A program made the position numbers and the translations under genes. Below are positions 27,805 to 38,009 of a stretch of DNA of 64,000 bases, piece by piece (the first letter of the stretch is position 1; each line of letters starts with the position of its first letter). The stretch is from Candidatus Latescibacterota bacterium. Lineage in GTDB: Bacteria > Latescibacterota > CBDEFO01. The notes beneath the pieces were generated by a model. That model was not told where the DNA came from. It did no database searches and was given only the letters and a program-made list of their open reading frames with translations. Location: positions 800,001-864,000 of the forward strand of contig OZ252149.1 of NCBI GenBank assembly GCA_965248755.1, read 5' to 3'.

Positions 27805-28200
27805 TTACACGACCACTGTGCTGTCTATGTTTGTGAAGACTTTATCTTTGAGATTGTCTCTGTGCAAGACGGTTATAACCGTCCGATTCTTGACACTGAC
27901 CAAGAACGCCAGGTCGTCGAGCAGCACCAAGGATTCCTTAGAGCCTTTGTGCGCCGCTCTTTCGACGGCTTCGTTTAGCTGATCTTTCTTGACTTGAGTC
28001 AGATTGATGTCTCTGGATTCAAGTCTGCTTGCGGCGTGGGCGGAAAATTTGACATCCGTCGTCCCAGCGGACGTTTCGCCTTTCAGTACCTCCTGAAAGG
28101 ACTTGCCGCTCTGGATCGTCTTTCGGCTCTTTAACTTGGAGATGTCCTGTGGAACTGTGGCACGTTTTACAAAGCCGACATTTCCGATTCCGCCTGCCAA
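27805..28200 (-). CDS. TIGR02530 family flagellar operon protein
   Basis: KFSAHAASRLESRDI...KESLVL...VSVKNRTVIT...VFTNIDS; TTG start after AAGGAGGT; between flgD and flgE. Confidence 0.88.
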   Translation of the reverse strand: MAGGIGNVGFVKRATVPQDISKLKSRKTIQSGKSFQEVLKGETSAGTTDVKFSAHAASRLESRDINLTQVKKDQLNEAVERAAHKGSKESLVLLDDLAFLVSVKNRTVITVLHRDNLKDKVFTNIDSTVVV

Positions 28201-28228
28201 TGTGTTCACCTCCTTTATATTGTTCTTG

Positions 28229-28909
28229 TTACTCTTGTGAGACTTCTGTAATTGCCGATAAAGATACTGTTTGACCCTCTTCAAGTACGACTAATACGTC
28301 TCCATCTTTGTACCTGACTGCGGTAACCTTCCCTGTGACAGCCGATGAGGCCGTGACAGGATTGCCTTCAGCGTCCGCTGCGAGGATCGAGTAAGTGTAC
28401 TCGCCAGCTGGAAGCCGGGTTCCGTTGTCGTCTCTTCCATTCCACACGATCTGAAGATCACCTGCGGACGCAGGGCCTAAATTGAGGGTTCTGACTACCC
28501 CTGCTCGGGAGTCAATTATGCCCACGCTCACAGTCTGAGCGTTGTTGTCTAACTGGAAGGTTAGCAGGGGATTATTTTCTCCCGTCAGGCTTATAGTACT
28601 ACTTTGGGAACTTATATTTTTGCCGATGAGAATGGGCGCCATTGCGTTGTTCATCAGCCGGCTGAGCAGAGTGTCTGTCTGAAGGCCCTCTTCCAGCTTA
28701 GAGTTAATATTTTGAAGCTGTTCCACCGAACTGAACTGCGACAACTGAGCTATGAATTCCTCGTTTCGGATCGGATCCAAAGGGTCTTGATACCTAAGCT
28801 GTGTAACGAGGAGGTTAAGGAACTCCTCTTTCCCCAGCGATTCGGGAGCTACGTCGGACGATAGGGGGCCTGTGGGAGTGGAAAATCCTATCGGGTTTGT
28901 CTGGATCAT
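28229..28909 (-). CDS. flgD: Hook-capping protein FlgD
   Basis: LGKEEFLNLLVTQLRYQDPLDP...AQLSQFSSVEQ; WNGRDDNG Ig domain. Confidence 0.96.
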   Translation of the reverse strand: MIQTNPIGFSTPTGPLSSDVAPESLGKEEFLNLLVTQLRYQDPLDPIRNEEFIAQLSQFSSVEQLQNINSKLEEGLQTDTLLSRLMNNAMAPILIGKNISSQSSTISLTGENNPLLTFQLDNNAQTVSVGIIDSRAGVVRTLNLGPASAGDLQIVWNGRDDNGTRLPAGEYTYSILAADAEGNPVTASSAVTGKVTAVRYKDGDVLVVLEEGQTVSLSAITEVSQE

Positions 28910-28946
28910 ATTCTTAATCCTCCGAGAAAAATGTTTATCAACTTCC

Positions 28947-31900
28947 CTAAGCTACGAGTTCCATGGTATTATATCCGAGATTCCTCATCTTTATTCTTGA
29001 ACCGTCCTGATTACTCTCATCTTGACCGTTATTGTCCCTTGGTGTCCTGCCGGGAGCATTGAAGGAGTTCCTGTGAAATTCGTTATTCTGGCGATGTGAG
29101 GAGCCGTCTTTTACAAAGACATCGAATTTATCAATGTTCACTCCTAATTCGGCCAGTGCTTCTTTAAGTCTCGGTAGATTGGATTCTATAGCTACTCTTA
29201 CGGACTGATTTTCGACATTGACTCTGGCTGTCAAAGTGGAGTCTTCGACGACAAGGCTCATCCTGATAAAGCCAAGGTTTTCAGGCTCTAACCTCATTCT
29301 GAATTCGGAGCGTCCGTTTCTCAGGGTAAGTTGGGCGTTTCTCACGATTTGACGGACTATATTGTCAGAGTCTTCAACAGTGCCGTGTCGAGCATCGGAC
29401 TGTACGGAATGAGTCTGCAACGGCGAAGCCTCTCTCGACGTTACCTGTTGGAGTGGAGTTTCACTTTCAATTTGTGGGTTCATGCTTCCCCTTGCTGCGA
29501 CCTCTGTCCTTGTGGTCTGGGGCTCCATCGTAGGTTGTTTGGCAGAATCAGATCTTTCCATTACAGGTTCTTTCTGTACATTGCTTCTTTCGGCCGGGAC
29601 CTCCTGATTTTTTGACGTCTGTGGCGTCCGCTGTGGGTTATCCGTTAATCTATCCTCCTGAGAGGTCCCCTTCCCTGCCGAATCGGCTCCAACGGTTGGT
29701 GAGCTTACAGATTCAGGTCTTGTAGTACCTTTGTTTCCATTTGGATCGGCCTGGATGCGGGTCGCAGGTTCTGTGGCGGCTCTCTGCGACCTGGGATCGC
29801 TGGACGACTCTACGCCTCCAGATTCAGGTCTTGTAGCACCTTTGTTTCCATTTGGATCGGCCTGGATGCGGGTTGTGGGTTCTGCGGCGGCTCTCTGCGA
29901 CCTGGGATCGCTGGACAACTCTACGCCTCCAGATTCAGGTCTTGTAGCACCTTTGTTTCCATTTGGATCGGCCTGGATGCGGGTTGTGGGTTCTGCGGCG
30001 GCTCTCTGCGACCTGGGATCGCTGGATGACTCTACGCCTCCAGATTCAGGTCTTGTAGCACCTTTGTTTCCATTTGGATCGGCCTGGATGCGGGTTGTGG
30101 GTTCTGCGGCGGCTCTCTGCGACCTGGGATCGCTGGATGACTCTACGCCTCCAGATTCAGGTCTTGTAGCACCTTTGTTTCCATTTGGATCGGCCTGGAT
30201 GCGGGTCGCAGGTTCTGTGGCGGCTCTCTGAGATCTGGGATCGCTGGACGACTCTACGCTATGTTGAGGATTATTTCCGCTCGCGGACCCCTTGGTTCCA
30301 CCTTCGGATACTCGAAAGTGGGGAGTGTCGGCTGAGTTGGAAATCGCGCCATTTTGGGGTCTTGTCGGATGTGAAGACAGTTCTTGTGGGTTCCGGCTCG
30401 CATTCGAAGGATTCTGCGGGCTGTTTTGACTGTTCTGCATCCTTGAACTATCAGATACGGATTTATAGGGTCTGCGAGATTCCAATTCCTGAACTTCAGC
30501 TACGATTTTTACAGGCATCCTTATATCGGGAGTTTGTGAATTTCTAATTTCTCCCTGCGACGAAGACTTACCTTCCTTAACTATAATAATGTCCTTTTGA
30601 GAGCTCTGCTCATTGACGGGAGCAGATGTGGCTCTACTTGTCTGCTCAGGTGACGATGTGCGCTCCTGACCAGGTCGATGGTTCCCTGAGGACGCCAGAG
30701 CCTTCTGTGTAGGATGTTCGGCATCGAGTCTCGCTGTAACAACAGAATTCTTGGACGGATTAGTGGATGCTCCACCTTCAACCGATAGATCTTGTTGAGG
30801 TCCTACCTTGGAAGATGAGGCCGAATTTCTACTTATACCTCTGACCCTGTCACTGTGCAAGTTGTCAAAGGCAAGCTCCGACGCCGCAGGTGACCCCAAC
30901 TCACGAGTAGGGCCATAAGCGTATTCTTGAGGACGCTCATACGCACCTTGCTTTGAGCTTTCAGAAGGAGTTGCCGCTTTTTGATCTACCTCAATTGTAG
31001 TCTCTTCAGCACCTTCTACTCTGTCAGGCGGTCTTTGAGGGATATATCCGACGTCTTTTGATGGTTTAGAGTCAGTTTTGTCCACTCTTGCGTATGCTAT
31101 TGGCGCCTCTGGACTCGTGGAAGATTCTGCGGGCCTGTCGACCTTATCTGACCCCTGAGGGAGATTGGGGTCATTAGCTTTAACTGTCACAGCCACAGCC
31201 AGGCTGTCCTGTGTGGGTAACTCCAGAAAAGATTTTACTACAACACCTTCAGCTTTTGTAACAGCATTACGTTCTGATGAAGGTTCTATGGCTTCCGAAG
31301 CAACACCATCGCGGTTGATCAGTTTGGAGGCGCCACTATTCCCGAAAACGTTATCCGATACATTTAGTGAGCCCCATCTGGAAACAGGAGTATGCGCATC
31401 AGCAGATGGTTCCTCATAGTTGCCTTGTGATACAAGTGACGATTTTATTAATGTAGCTAAAGCGTCAGAGCTTGTCTCTGACGATCCTTCGCTCTGGGGT
31501 ACCAAAAGGACGTATACAGGTCTTCCAGCATCATCTAAAGTCGTCGTGTAGAGTACACTTATTTCCTTTTCCCCTGTCACATTGTTGTAGTTACCAATAG
31601 GAATAGAAATCGGTACATCTTTTCTCTCCCCAGAAAGTTCCTCGCCCATTTCGTAGCCTGCTGCCTCCACAGCAATGCGGCCGCTCTGCAATTTTGAGGA
31701 CCCCGATAATTGAAAGGCGCTTTGGGATGCGAGCGATTCAGGACGATAGATGTTTCTAGGGTTTTGGTTCGAGACATCAGATCCCAGATACGTTACAACA
31801 GCGCCTTCACCATCTTGATCTTGGGGAAGATGGATGATCATAGTGTTGGGATGTTCAAGGCTGTTGTGCATTTCTATGTACTCGGCCGCAAGTAACTCAG

Positions 31901-32210
31901 TGGGTAGCGATGAAAGGGGTAATCCTTTGATACTGGAACCTTCCACAGTTGGAGCGATCTGGAGAGATGAACTGGCTGAATCTGTGGATTTGAGTATAGA
32001 AGCTACTATATTCTTAATAGTTTCGGACAGTTCGGAAACGCTTATGTATTGGTTATCCTTTTGCCCGGAGGAGACCTTAAAGTTCATCACTCGTCTCAAG
32101 ATCGATTGGAATCCCCCGGCTTCTTTAGGGGAGGGGAATCCTGTCTGTGGGGCCTGTGGAGATGCATTCGAGAAAGCAAACGGTATTGGGGAGGATAAGA
32201 ATATCTGCAT
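28947..32210 (-). CDS. fliK: Hook-length control protein FliK (1087 aa)
   Basis: Long low-complexity region and C-terminal T3S4 domain (MRLEPENLGFIRM...IESNLPRLKEALAELG); upstream of flgD. Confidence 0.88.
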   Translation of the reverse strand: MQIFLSSPIPFAFSNASPQAPQTGFPSPKEAGGFQSILRRVMNFKVSSGQKDNQYISVSELSETIKNIVASILKSTDSASSSLQIAPTVEGSSIKGLPLSSLPTELLAAEYIEMHNSLEHPNTMIIHLPQDQDGEGAVVTYLGSDVSNQNPRNIYRPESLASQSAFQLSGSSKLQSGRIAVEAAGYEMGEELSGERKDVPISIPIGNYNNVTGEKEISVLYTTTLDDAGRPVYVLLVPQSEGSSETSSDALATLIKSSLVSQGNYEEPSADAHTPVSRWGSLNVSDNVFGNSGASKLINRDGVASEAIEPSSERNAVTKAEGVVVKSFLELPTQDSLAVAVTVKANDPNLPQGSDKVDRPAESSTSPEAPIAYARVDKTDSKPSKDVGYIPQRPPDRVEGAEETTIEVDQKAATPSESSKQGAYERPQEYAYGPTRELGSPAASELAFDNLHSDRVRGISRNSASSSKVGPQQDLSVEGGASTNPSKNSVVTARLDAEHPTQKALASSGNHRPGQERTSSPEQTSRATSAPVNEQSSQKDIIIVKEGKSSSQGEIRNSQTPDIRMPVKIVAEVQELESRRPYKSVSDSSRMQNSQNSPQNPSNASRNPQELSSHPTRPQNGAISNSADTPHFRVSEGGTKGSASGNNPQHSVESSSDPRSQRAATEPATRIQADPNGNKGATRPESGGVESSSDPRSQRAAAEPTTRIQADPNGNKGATRPESGGVESSSDPRSQRAAAEPTTRIQADPNGNKGATRPESGGVELSSDPRSQRAAAEPTTRIQADPNGNKGATRPESGGVESSSDPRSQRAATEPATRIQADPNGNKGTTRPESVSSPTVGADSAGKGTSQEDRLTDNPQRTPQTSKNQEVPAERSNVQKEPVMERSDSAKQPTMEPQTTRTEVAARGSMNPQIESETPLQQVTSREASPLQTHSVQSDARHGTVEDSDNIVRQIVRNAQLTLRNGRSEFRMRLEPENLGFIRMSLVVEDSTLTARVNVENQSVRVAIESNLPRLKEALAELGVNIDKFDVFVKDGSSHRQNNEFHRNSFNAPGRTPRDNNGQDESNQDGSRIKMRNLGYNTMELVA
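29708..30259. repeat. About 5 x 111-bp in-frame tandem repeat inside fliK
   Basis: GATTCAGGTCTTGTAG recurs at 29710, 29821, 29932, 30043 and 30154; 37-aa unit VESSSDPRSQRAAxEPxTRIQADPNGNKGATRPESGG. Confidence 0.97.
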
Positions 32211-32253
32211 TTTATATCTCCTTTAGGGAATTACGAATCTTTCCAGTAGCGAT

Positions 32254-32844
32254 TCATTTGATTTTCAAATTTACGATCTTCCTGCTCAAATCCGCGGCTA
32301 ATTTGGGCCTCATGTTCGACAGGATTCCAGCCGCACCTCGTTCTTTCATGTTGCTTAGTATGTTTGTGACAGTCTTTTTGTCCATAGCTTCGATGATCGG
32401 AACTACGCTTTGAGGATTCATAGATGCGAAGACCTTTGCAATTTGTTTTATCCTTTTAGCCTCGAAAGAGTCGAGCTGAATAGTAGACTGTTCTATCTTC
32501 GCTTCTTGCGATGTTAACTCTTTCTCCAAAGCCGCAAGTTCTCTTTCTTTAGCCGCAACGTCTCTTTCTTTTACGGATAATCTCTCTTCCCGCTCTTTAA
32601 GCTCCCTTTCCTTTACATCGAGCAGCGATTCCTGTACGGCAGAGGTGTCAACTTCAACCTCTGCTAAACTGGAGAATGTTTCTTTTGTTATCACGCCATA
32701 TTCCTTTAACTGGGGAATGGCTATCAAGGTGAGAGAGAGGATCACCAGGAAGGAGCCTCCTGACACCAAAAGGTATTTGAGTGCATTAGTGCTTGGACCC
32801 TTTCCAGCCTCTTCAGTCTCATCTATGGTGTTCTGATCTGCCAT
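32254..32844 (-). CDS. MotE-like (MgtE N-terminal-like) flagellar protein
   Basis: TM, coiled coil, IAKVFASMNPQ...ILSNMKERGAAGILSNMRPKLAA; lies after fliJ. Confidence 0.8.
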   Translation of the reverse strand: MADQNTIDETEEAGKGPSTNALKYLLVSGGSFLVILSLTLIAIPQLKEYGVITKETFSSLAEVEVDTSAVQESLLDVKERELKEREERLSVKERDVAAKERELAALEKELTSQEAKIEQSTIQLDSFEAKRIKQIAKVFASMNPQSVVPIIEAMDKKTVTNILSNMKERGAAGILSNMRPKLAADLSRKIVNLKIK

Positions 32845-32878
32845 CTTTAGTTTCGTTCCCCCTTCAAGACATTTTTCT

Positions 32879-33334
32879 TTAAGTTAGACCTAATCTCCAA
32901 GTTAGACCTAATCTCCCTGCAACTTCATCCGTAAGGGCTTGCTCTTTTGATTCTACCGTTTTTTGGAACTCTTCAAACTTGCGCTCCTTGAGCTTTTCAA
33001 GTATCTTACGGTCTTGGGATGCTTTCAAAAGTTCCTCTCGTTTTTTCTCTTCGGCTACTTTTAGGTCTTGTATCTTATGATGCTGTAATTGTATCCTATT
33101 TCTCAGATTCTGAAGATATTGTACCTCAAGCGTCATATCCCAGGGGCTGACTTCTCCTGTAGCTTTACCCTCGACCTGATCCAACCTTTGGCGTTGTTCG
33201 GATAGAAATCGCTCAAGTGTATCCTCTTCTTTCTTAACCTCATTTCTGATGACCCCGAGTTGGTTCTTGATCTGATCTTCTATCGTAATTCTCAGATCGA
33301 GTACTCGTTGGAGGCGGAAGTTAAATCCCTTCAT
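32879..33334 (-). CDS. fliJ: Flagellar export protein FliJ
   Basis: FNFRLQRVLDLR...KILEKLKE...EQALTDE; follows fliI. Confidence 0.92.
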   Translation of the reverse strand: MKGFNFRLQRVLDLRITIEDQIKNQLGVIRNEVKKEEDTLERFLSEQRQRLDQVEGKATGEVSPWDMTLEVQYLQNLRNRIQLQHHKIQDLKVAEEKKREELLKASQDRKILEKLKERKFEEFQKTVESKEQALTDEVAGRLGLTWRLGLT

Positions 33335-34365
33335 GCGGCGCCCTGCTCCTGGACGGGCACTATATTAGGCGATGCTATTTGCATCAAGGCCTCTACGCTT
33401 TCTTCCATTTCGGATTTCTCGTCGATGCCTTGTCTCAGATACGAATTTATGCGGTCGATCATCTCTATGGCTCTGTCTATCTTTAAACTGCTCCCTTTGA
33501 CGTACGCGCCTATGTTTATAAGGTCTTCAGACTCCCCGTAAGTGGCAAGGAGATCCATAACACGCGCTGCGGCAGATATCTGCTCAGATGGAATGATGTC
33601 GGGCATGACTCTGCTTACACTTTCCAATGGATCGATAGCCGGATAGTGTCCCGAAGACGCTAATCTCCTGGATAGAACAATGTGTCCGTCGAGGATAGCT
33701 CTTGTGGCGTCTGCTACTGGCTCGTTCAGGTCATCGCTCTCCACCAGAACTGTATAAAGACCCGTTACGCTGCCTTTATCGGAGCATCCGGCTCTTTCCA
33801 GGAGTTTTGGCAGCAGGGCGAAAACAGATGGGGTGTAGCCCTTGGTAGTAGGAGGTTCACCAACCGCAAGGCCTATTTCTCTTTGAGCCATAGCTACTCT
33901 TGTGACAGAGTCCATCATAAGCATAACGTTCATTCCCCGGTCTCTGAAGTATTCCGCTATAGTAGTGGCAGAGAGGGCTCCCTTGATGCGTGCAAGGGCG
34001 GGCCGATCCGATGTGGAGACCACGACGACAGATCTTTTGAGTCCCTCTTCTTTCAGGTCTTTTTCGATGAATTCCTTGACCTCTCTGCCCCTCTCTCCGA
34101 TGAGGGCTATAACGTTGACATCGGCCGAGGTGTTTCTGGCAATCATTCCTAAAAGCACGCTTTTACCGACGCCGCTTCCCGAAAAGATCCCTAACCTTTG
34201 ACCCTTGCCACAGGTCAAAAGTCCGTCTATTGCCCTGACACCTGTGGCCACGGGATCAGTAATCCTTTTTCTGTCCATAGGATTGGGCGGAGCGTTGTAT
34301 ATGGAGCGATCTTCATCTGTTTCTATATGTCCAAGTCCATCTATGGGATGTCCGAGTCCATCTAT
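33331..34365 (-). pseudogene. fliI: Flagellar export ATPase FliI, 5'-truncated at IS1380
   Basis: SGVGKS Walker A, IGERGREV, DSVTR, LDGHIVLSR. The frame extends upstream as IDGLGHPIDGLG up to the IS end at 34366; the N-terminal ~100 aa are not in the window. Confidence 0.9.
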
Positions 34366-35991
34366 CCCCCATTCGCCATATTAGACCCGAAAAATGGTTG
34401 TCAAAGTCGCCAGAACATGTTATATTACAATAAATAAGACTCATAAATGGCGGATAAATATTGATCATCCAGAGGGTGAAAGAATGAAAGTAGGTTTTGA
34501 TGGAGGAATAAAGCTTGAATTTCATGGTGCAAAGGTGACATCAAACGGTGGACTTCTTGCGTATCGTGACCTTGATTACGCACTGGGATTATTTGATTCG
34601 GTATCAGCGGTTTTTACCGATAAACGCACAGGCCGTAATATCCAACATGATATATCTACTCTCCTGCGTCAATCGATATACAGCCGTCTTGCAGGATATG
34701 AAGATGTAAATGACGCCGAGCGATTATCCGTTGATCCCGTCATGCGAGCGATTACCGGAAAGAAGGACAAAGGCAGGCAAGCTGCCAGCTCCAACACGAT
34801 AGGACGTTTTGAAACTGATATACTGACTCAGCATGACAATCTCAGAAACTTGTCAGATATCAATGGCAAGTGGGTTCAAAAAGCGATGAGTAAAACACAG
34901 CATCAACGAATCATTCTGGACATGGACAGTTCGGAGAGTCCGGTACATGGCCAGCAGGAAGGATCAGCTTACAACGGTCATTTCGGATGTACCTGTTTTC
35001 ATCCAGTGTTCTGCTTCAATCAGTTCGGGGATTGTGAAGGAGTCCTACTTCGCTCTGGTAATGTTCACAGTGCTGATCGTTGGAAGGAAGTTCTGGAACC
35101 GATCGTCAAGAGATACGAGAGCAAGAAGAATAGGAAATACTTTCGAGGCGATGCTGCATTCGCAAAGCCTGAGATTTATGATTATCTGGAGGGAAACGGC
35201 TATTTGTATGCCATTCGGCTTCCCGCAAATGAGATACTCTATGAAAAGATACGATACCTGCTGACTCGGCCAGTTGGACGACCGCCGAGGAAACCGATTG
35301 TATCGTTATATGAATTTCAATATAAAGCGGCCAGTTGGGATCAATCGAGGCGAGTGGTCGCCAAGGTTGAATGGCACCAAGGGGAGTTATTCCCAAGAGT
35401 GGGATTTATCGTGACCAACATGAGCGCCAAGCCAGAAGGCGTGGTACACTTCTACAATGGCCGTGGCAGAGCTGAGCAGTGGATTAAGGAGGGCAAGTAT
35501 GCTCTGAACTGGACCCGACTCTCATGCAAGCGTTTCGTCTCCAATCAGGTGAGGCTCTGGCTGTTTGTTCTGGCTTACAACTTGGGCAACTTCCTGCGAC
35601 GTTTTGTTCTTCCGAAGAAAATCAAACACTGGTCACTACGCAGCCTCCTCGTGAAATTTATCAAAATCGGAGCGAAGATTGTCAGACACAGCGGATATAT
35701 TACGTTTCAAATGGCTGAGGTTGGGATAGACAAGAGGTTATTTGCCGAAATATTATCCCGGATTGAACGATTGCGATGTTATTCTGTTTAAACTGCCACA
35801 TTTTTTTGTGAGTCGATGGAGAGGTGTCTCTAATTGGAGGATTTAAACACAAAGAAAGTGATAATTCAGAGGAAAATACTATTTTAATTGAAAAAAGTAC
35901 TTGTTGAAAAATGTAAAAGTGGTAATATTAATTCAGAAACAAGAATGTATCGAAATATAATCCCTCATGAATGTGATATGGGGAATGTCGG
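34366..35991 (+). mobile_element. IS1380-family element, copy 1 (1626 bp), no target duplication
   Basis: IRs CCCCCATTCGCCATAT / ATATGGGGAATGTCGG; same length as copy 2; flanks TCTAT and TTGTA differ. Confidence 0.92.
34394..35791 (+). CDS. IS1380-family DDE transposase
   Basis: LDMDSS, FRGDAAF, FYNGRGRAEQWIKEGK, LAYNLGNFLR. Confidence 0.93.
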   Translation: MVVKVARTCYITINKTHKWRINIDHPEGERMKVGFDGGIKLEFHGAKVTSNGGLLAYRDLDYALGLFDSVSAVFTDKRTGRNIQHDISTLLRQSIYSRLAGYEDVNDAERLSVDPVMRAITGKKDKGRQAASSNTIGRFETDILTQHDNLRNLSDINGKWVQKAMSKTQHQRIILDMDSSESPVHGQQEGSAYNGHFGCTCFHPVFCFNQFGDCEGVLLRSGNVHSADRWKEVLEPIVKRYESKKNRKYFRGDAAFAKPEIYDYLEGNGYLYAIRLPANEILYEKIRYLLTRPVGRPPRKPIVSLYEFQYKAASWDQSRRVVAKVEWHQGELFPRVGFIVTNMSAKPEGVVHFYNGRGRAEQWIKEGKYALNWTRLSCKRFVSNQVRLWLFVLAYNLGNFLRRFVLPKKIKHWSLRSLLVKFIKIGAKIVRHSGYITFQMAEVGIDKRLFAEILSRIERLRCYSV

Positions 35992-36439
35992 TTGTACTCT
36001 ATCTTGAATTTATAAAAACTCAAAAAAGTTTTGGATGTTTTGTCTCTCTCACGTATCTATAATACGACAGTGATATAAATTTCTCATAAAGTATTTGTAA
36101 AATAGTTGACAAATACTAAATATATGTAAAATAAATAAGATATGTCATCAAAGAAAGCTTGACAAAGCTTGGGAATTGTAGTATATGATACACATACAGT
36201 TACTAACATTATCCTGATTAAGCAAAGAGCTTGATGACTTCTATGCGGTGTCTTTCACGAATCCTACGTAACAGCCATAGGTAGTCCTAATTTGTTTGCT
36301 GAAAAGATACTGCTATTAACTTAAAAAACTTTCATGCCGGAAGGGGAAATGGTTTCAGGCAAAGGAAAGGAGGGAGCAATGCTGCAGAAAAGAGGTTTTG
36401 TATAACCGTAGATGGAACTTGTCTTATTATATGGAGTCG

Positions 36440-37525
36440 ATGAACAAAATGAACAGACAGGCATTAAGATTCTCTGCAGTTGTTGCTGGGATGATGCTTG
36501 TGATCGCGTGCACCCCTCTAGAGACTAGCACCGAGATTATCGGGCCGCTGATCAAGCGAAATATCACGGCGATTGCGGTGGCCCCTGGGGGAAATCCGGT
36601 CTATGTGGGTACTTTTGAAAGTGGGGTCTTCCGCTTGGACGCAGATACTGGAGAGGCGAAGGCGATAAATGACGGACTGGAGAGTTTGTTTATCAGAAGC
36701 TTGGCAATGGACCCTGTAAATGCATCACGTCTCTACGTTAGTTCAGGCAAAGGGGTTTTTCGCACAGAAGACACAGGAGAGCATTGGGTGAAACGGGATC
36801 TGGGGGTGCACGGTATCAACGAAATTTGGATAAGTTCTCATAATTCAGATTTCCTTCTGGCTCAGGAAAAGTTGGGCGGGGTTTTTCGAAGCAACGATGG
36901 AGGCGAGCAGTGGCATAGCTTGAGAAATCCTGTAACCGACCACGGAGGCAACGTTGGGACGGAAATAGTAGTGACAAAAGACGAAAGTACCATTTTTGTA
37001 GCTAAGGAAGATGTTGGAATCGTTCGAAGCAGGAATGGCGGTCAGACCTGGAAAGATGTGAGCCCCCGAGATCCGACCGGTGTCATGGCGTTATCTGCAG
37101 ATCAGAGCGTTCTTTATGCCAGCTCGTGGGAGGATGTCTCATCCCCAGGTGAAAAAGGGGTTGTTGTGTATCGCAGTCTGGACGATGGGGATACCTGGGA
37201 AGGACTAGAATACACACCAATTGTTACTGAACACGATTGGTTCCCTTGGGGAATAACTCTCTATCTCTTGCCCGATCCCGACGTACCTAACGTTCTTTAT
37301 GCGACTGCCTCTGATGGGTCATTCTACACGACCGATGGGGGAATGACCTGGCAGCCCTTCACCGATTTGAGATATGGTATTCTGTCTGGACTGATATTGG
37401 CAATAGACCCGGACAGATCTCGCCTCTATGTAGCAACGGTAGATGGCTTGTTCATCACGCCAACACCAGATTTTCCAACTGCTGCGGAAGCTAACTCGTG
37501 GGGCAGCATCAAGTCACTTCACTAA
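36440..37525 (+). CDS. Beta-propeller (BNR/Asp-box) lipoprotein with C-terminal WGxIK motif
   Basis: Lipobox LVIAC; Asp-boxes TEDTGEHW, SNDGGEQW, SRNGGQTW, SLDDGDTW, TTDGGMTW; ends PTAAEANSWGSIKSLH. Start 36440 or 36449. Confidence 0.85.
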   Translation: MNKMNRQALRFSAVVAGMMLVIACTPLETSTEIIGPLIKRNITAIAVAPGGNPVYVGTFESGVFRLDADTGEAKAINDGLESLFIRSLAMDPVNASRLYVSSGKGVFRTEDTGEHWVKRDLGVHGINEIWISSHNSDFLLAQEKLGGVFRSNDGGEQWHSLRNPVTDHGGNVGTEIVVTKDESTIFVAKEDVGIVRSRNGGQTWKDVSPRDPTGVMALSADQSVLYASSWEDVSSPGEKGVVVYRSLDDGDTWEGLEYTPIVTEHDWFPWGITLYLLPDPDVPNVLYATASDGSFYTTDGGMTWQPFTDLRYGILSGLILAIDPDRSRLYVATVDGLFITPTPDFPTAAEANSWGSIKSLH

Positions 37526-37745
37526 ACAGATTGACACGAATGATCAAGAGAAGCTCGTTAACAAATCCTTAGCTACTCATCGTTGATTAGGTATGCAGCG
37601 CAAGGCAGGTCTATTTCTCGACCTCCACATCGGTTGATTTGATGTGACGGACGCAATGTTTCGCGAAAGAAGATGTGATAGAACCAACGTAAGTAACTGA
37701 ACCCATGGGTTGCAGTCAAACACACCAAAACAGAGGAGGCCAATC

Positions 37746-37853
37746 ATGTGCAGGCTGCATACCGTGCTAGAGATAGTATCAATGGTGATAGTTGGAATCG
37801 TCGCCTCGTACGCTTCAGGAAAGACGATCATTTTCGAGCAAGCGCTGGCTTGA
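37746..37853 (+). other. Short signal-peptide-like ORF, possible gene remnant
   Basis: GAGGAGG RBS then MCRLHTVLEIVSMVIVGIVASYASGKTIIFEQALA-stop. Confidence 0.3.
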
Positions 37854-38009
37854 GATGCCGGGGGATGTTTGGATTCATATCGGAGTCAGACCGCTTCTAG
37901 GTCGTAACAGCAAAAGATCTGCATATAGTATTGATACCAGATTATCCTTCGGAAATCGCGGCTAATTCGCAGGATACAATTAGGTCACAACTTATCAAGG
38001 AGATTAACG

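Noticed and set aside
29708..30259. CRISPR array
   Set aside because: Contiguous in-frame coding repeats with no unique spacers and no cas genes; IPT repeats rejected likewise.
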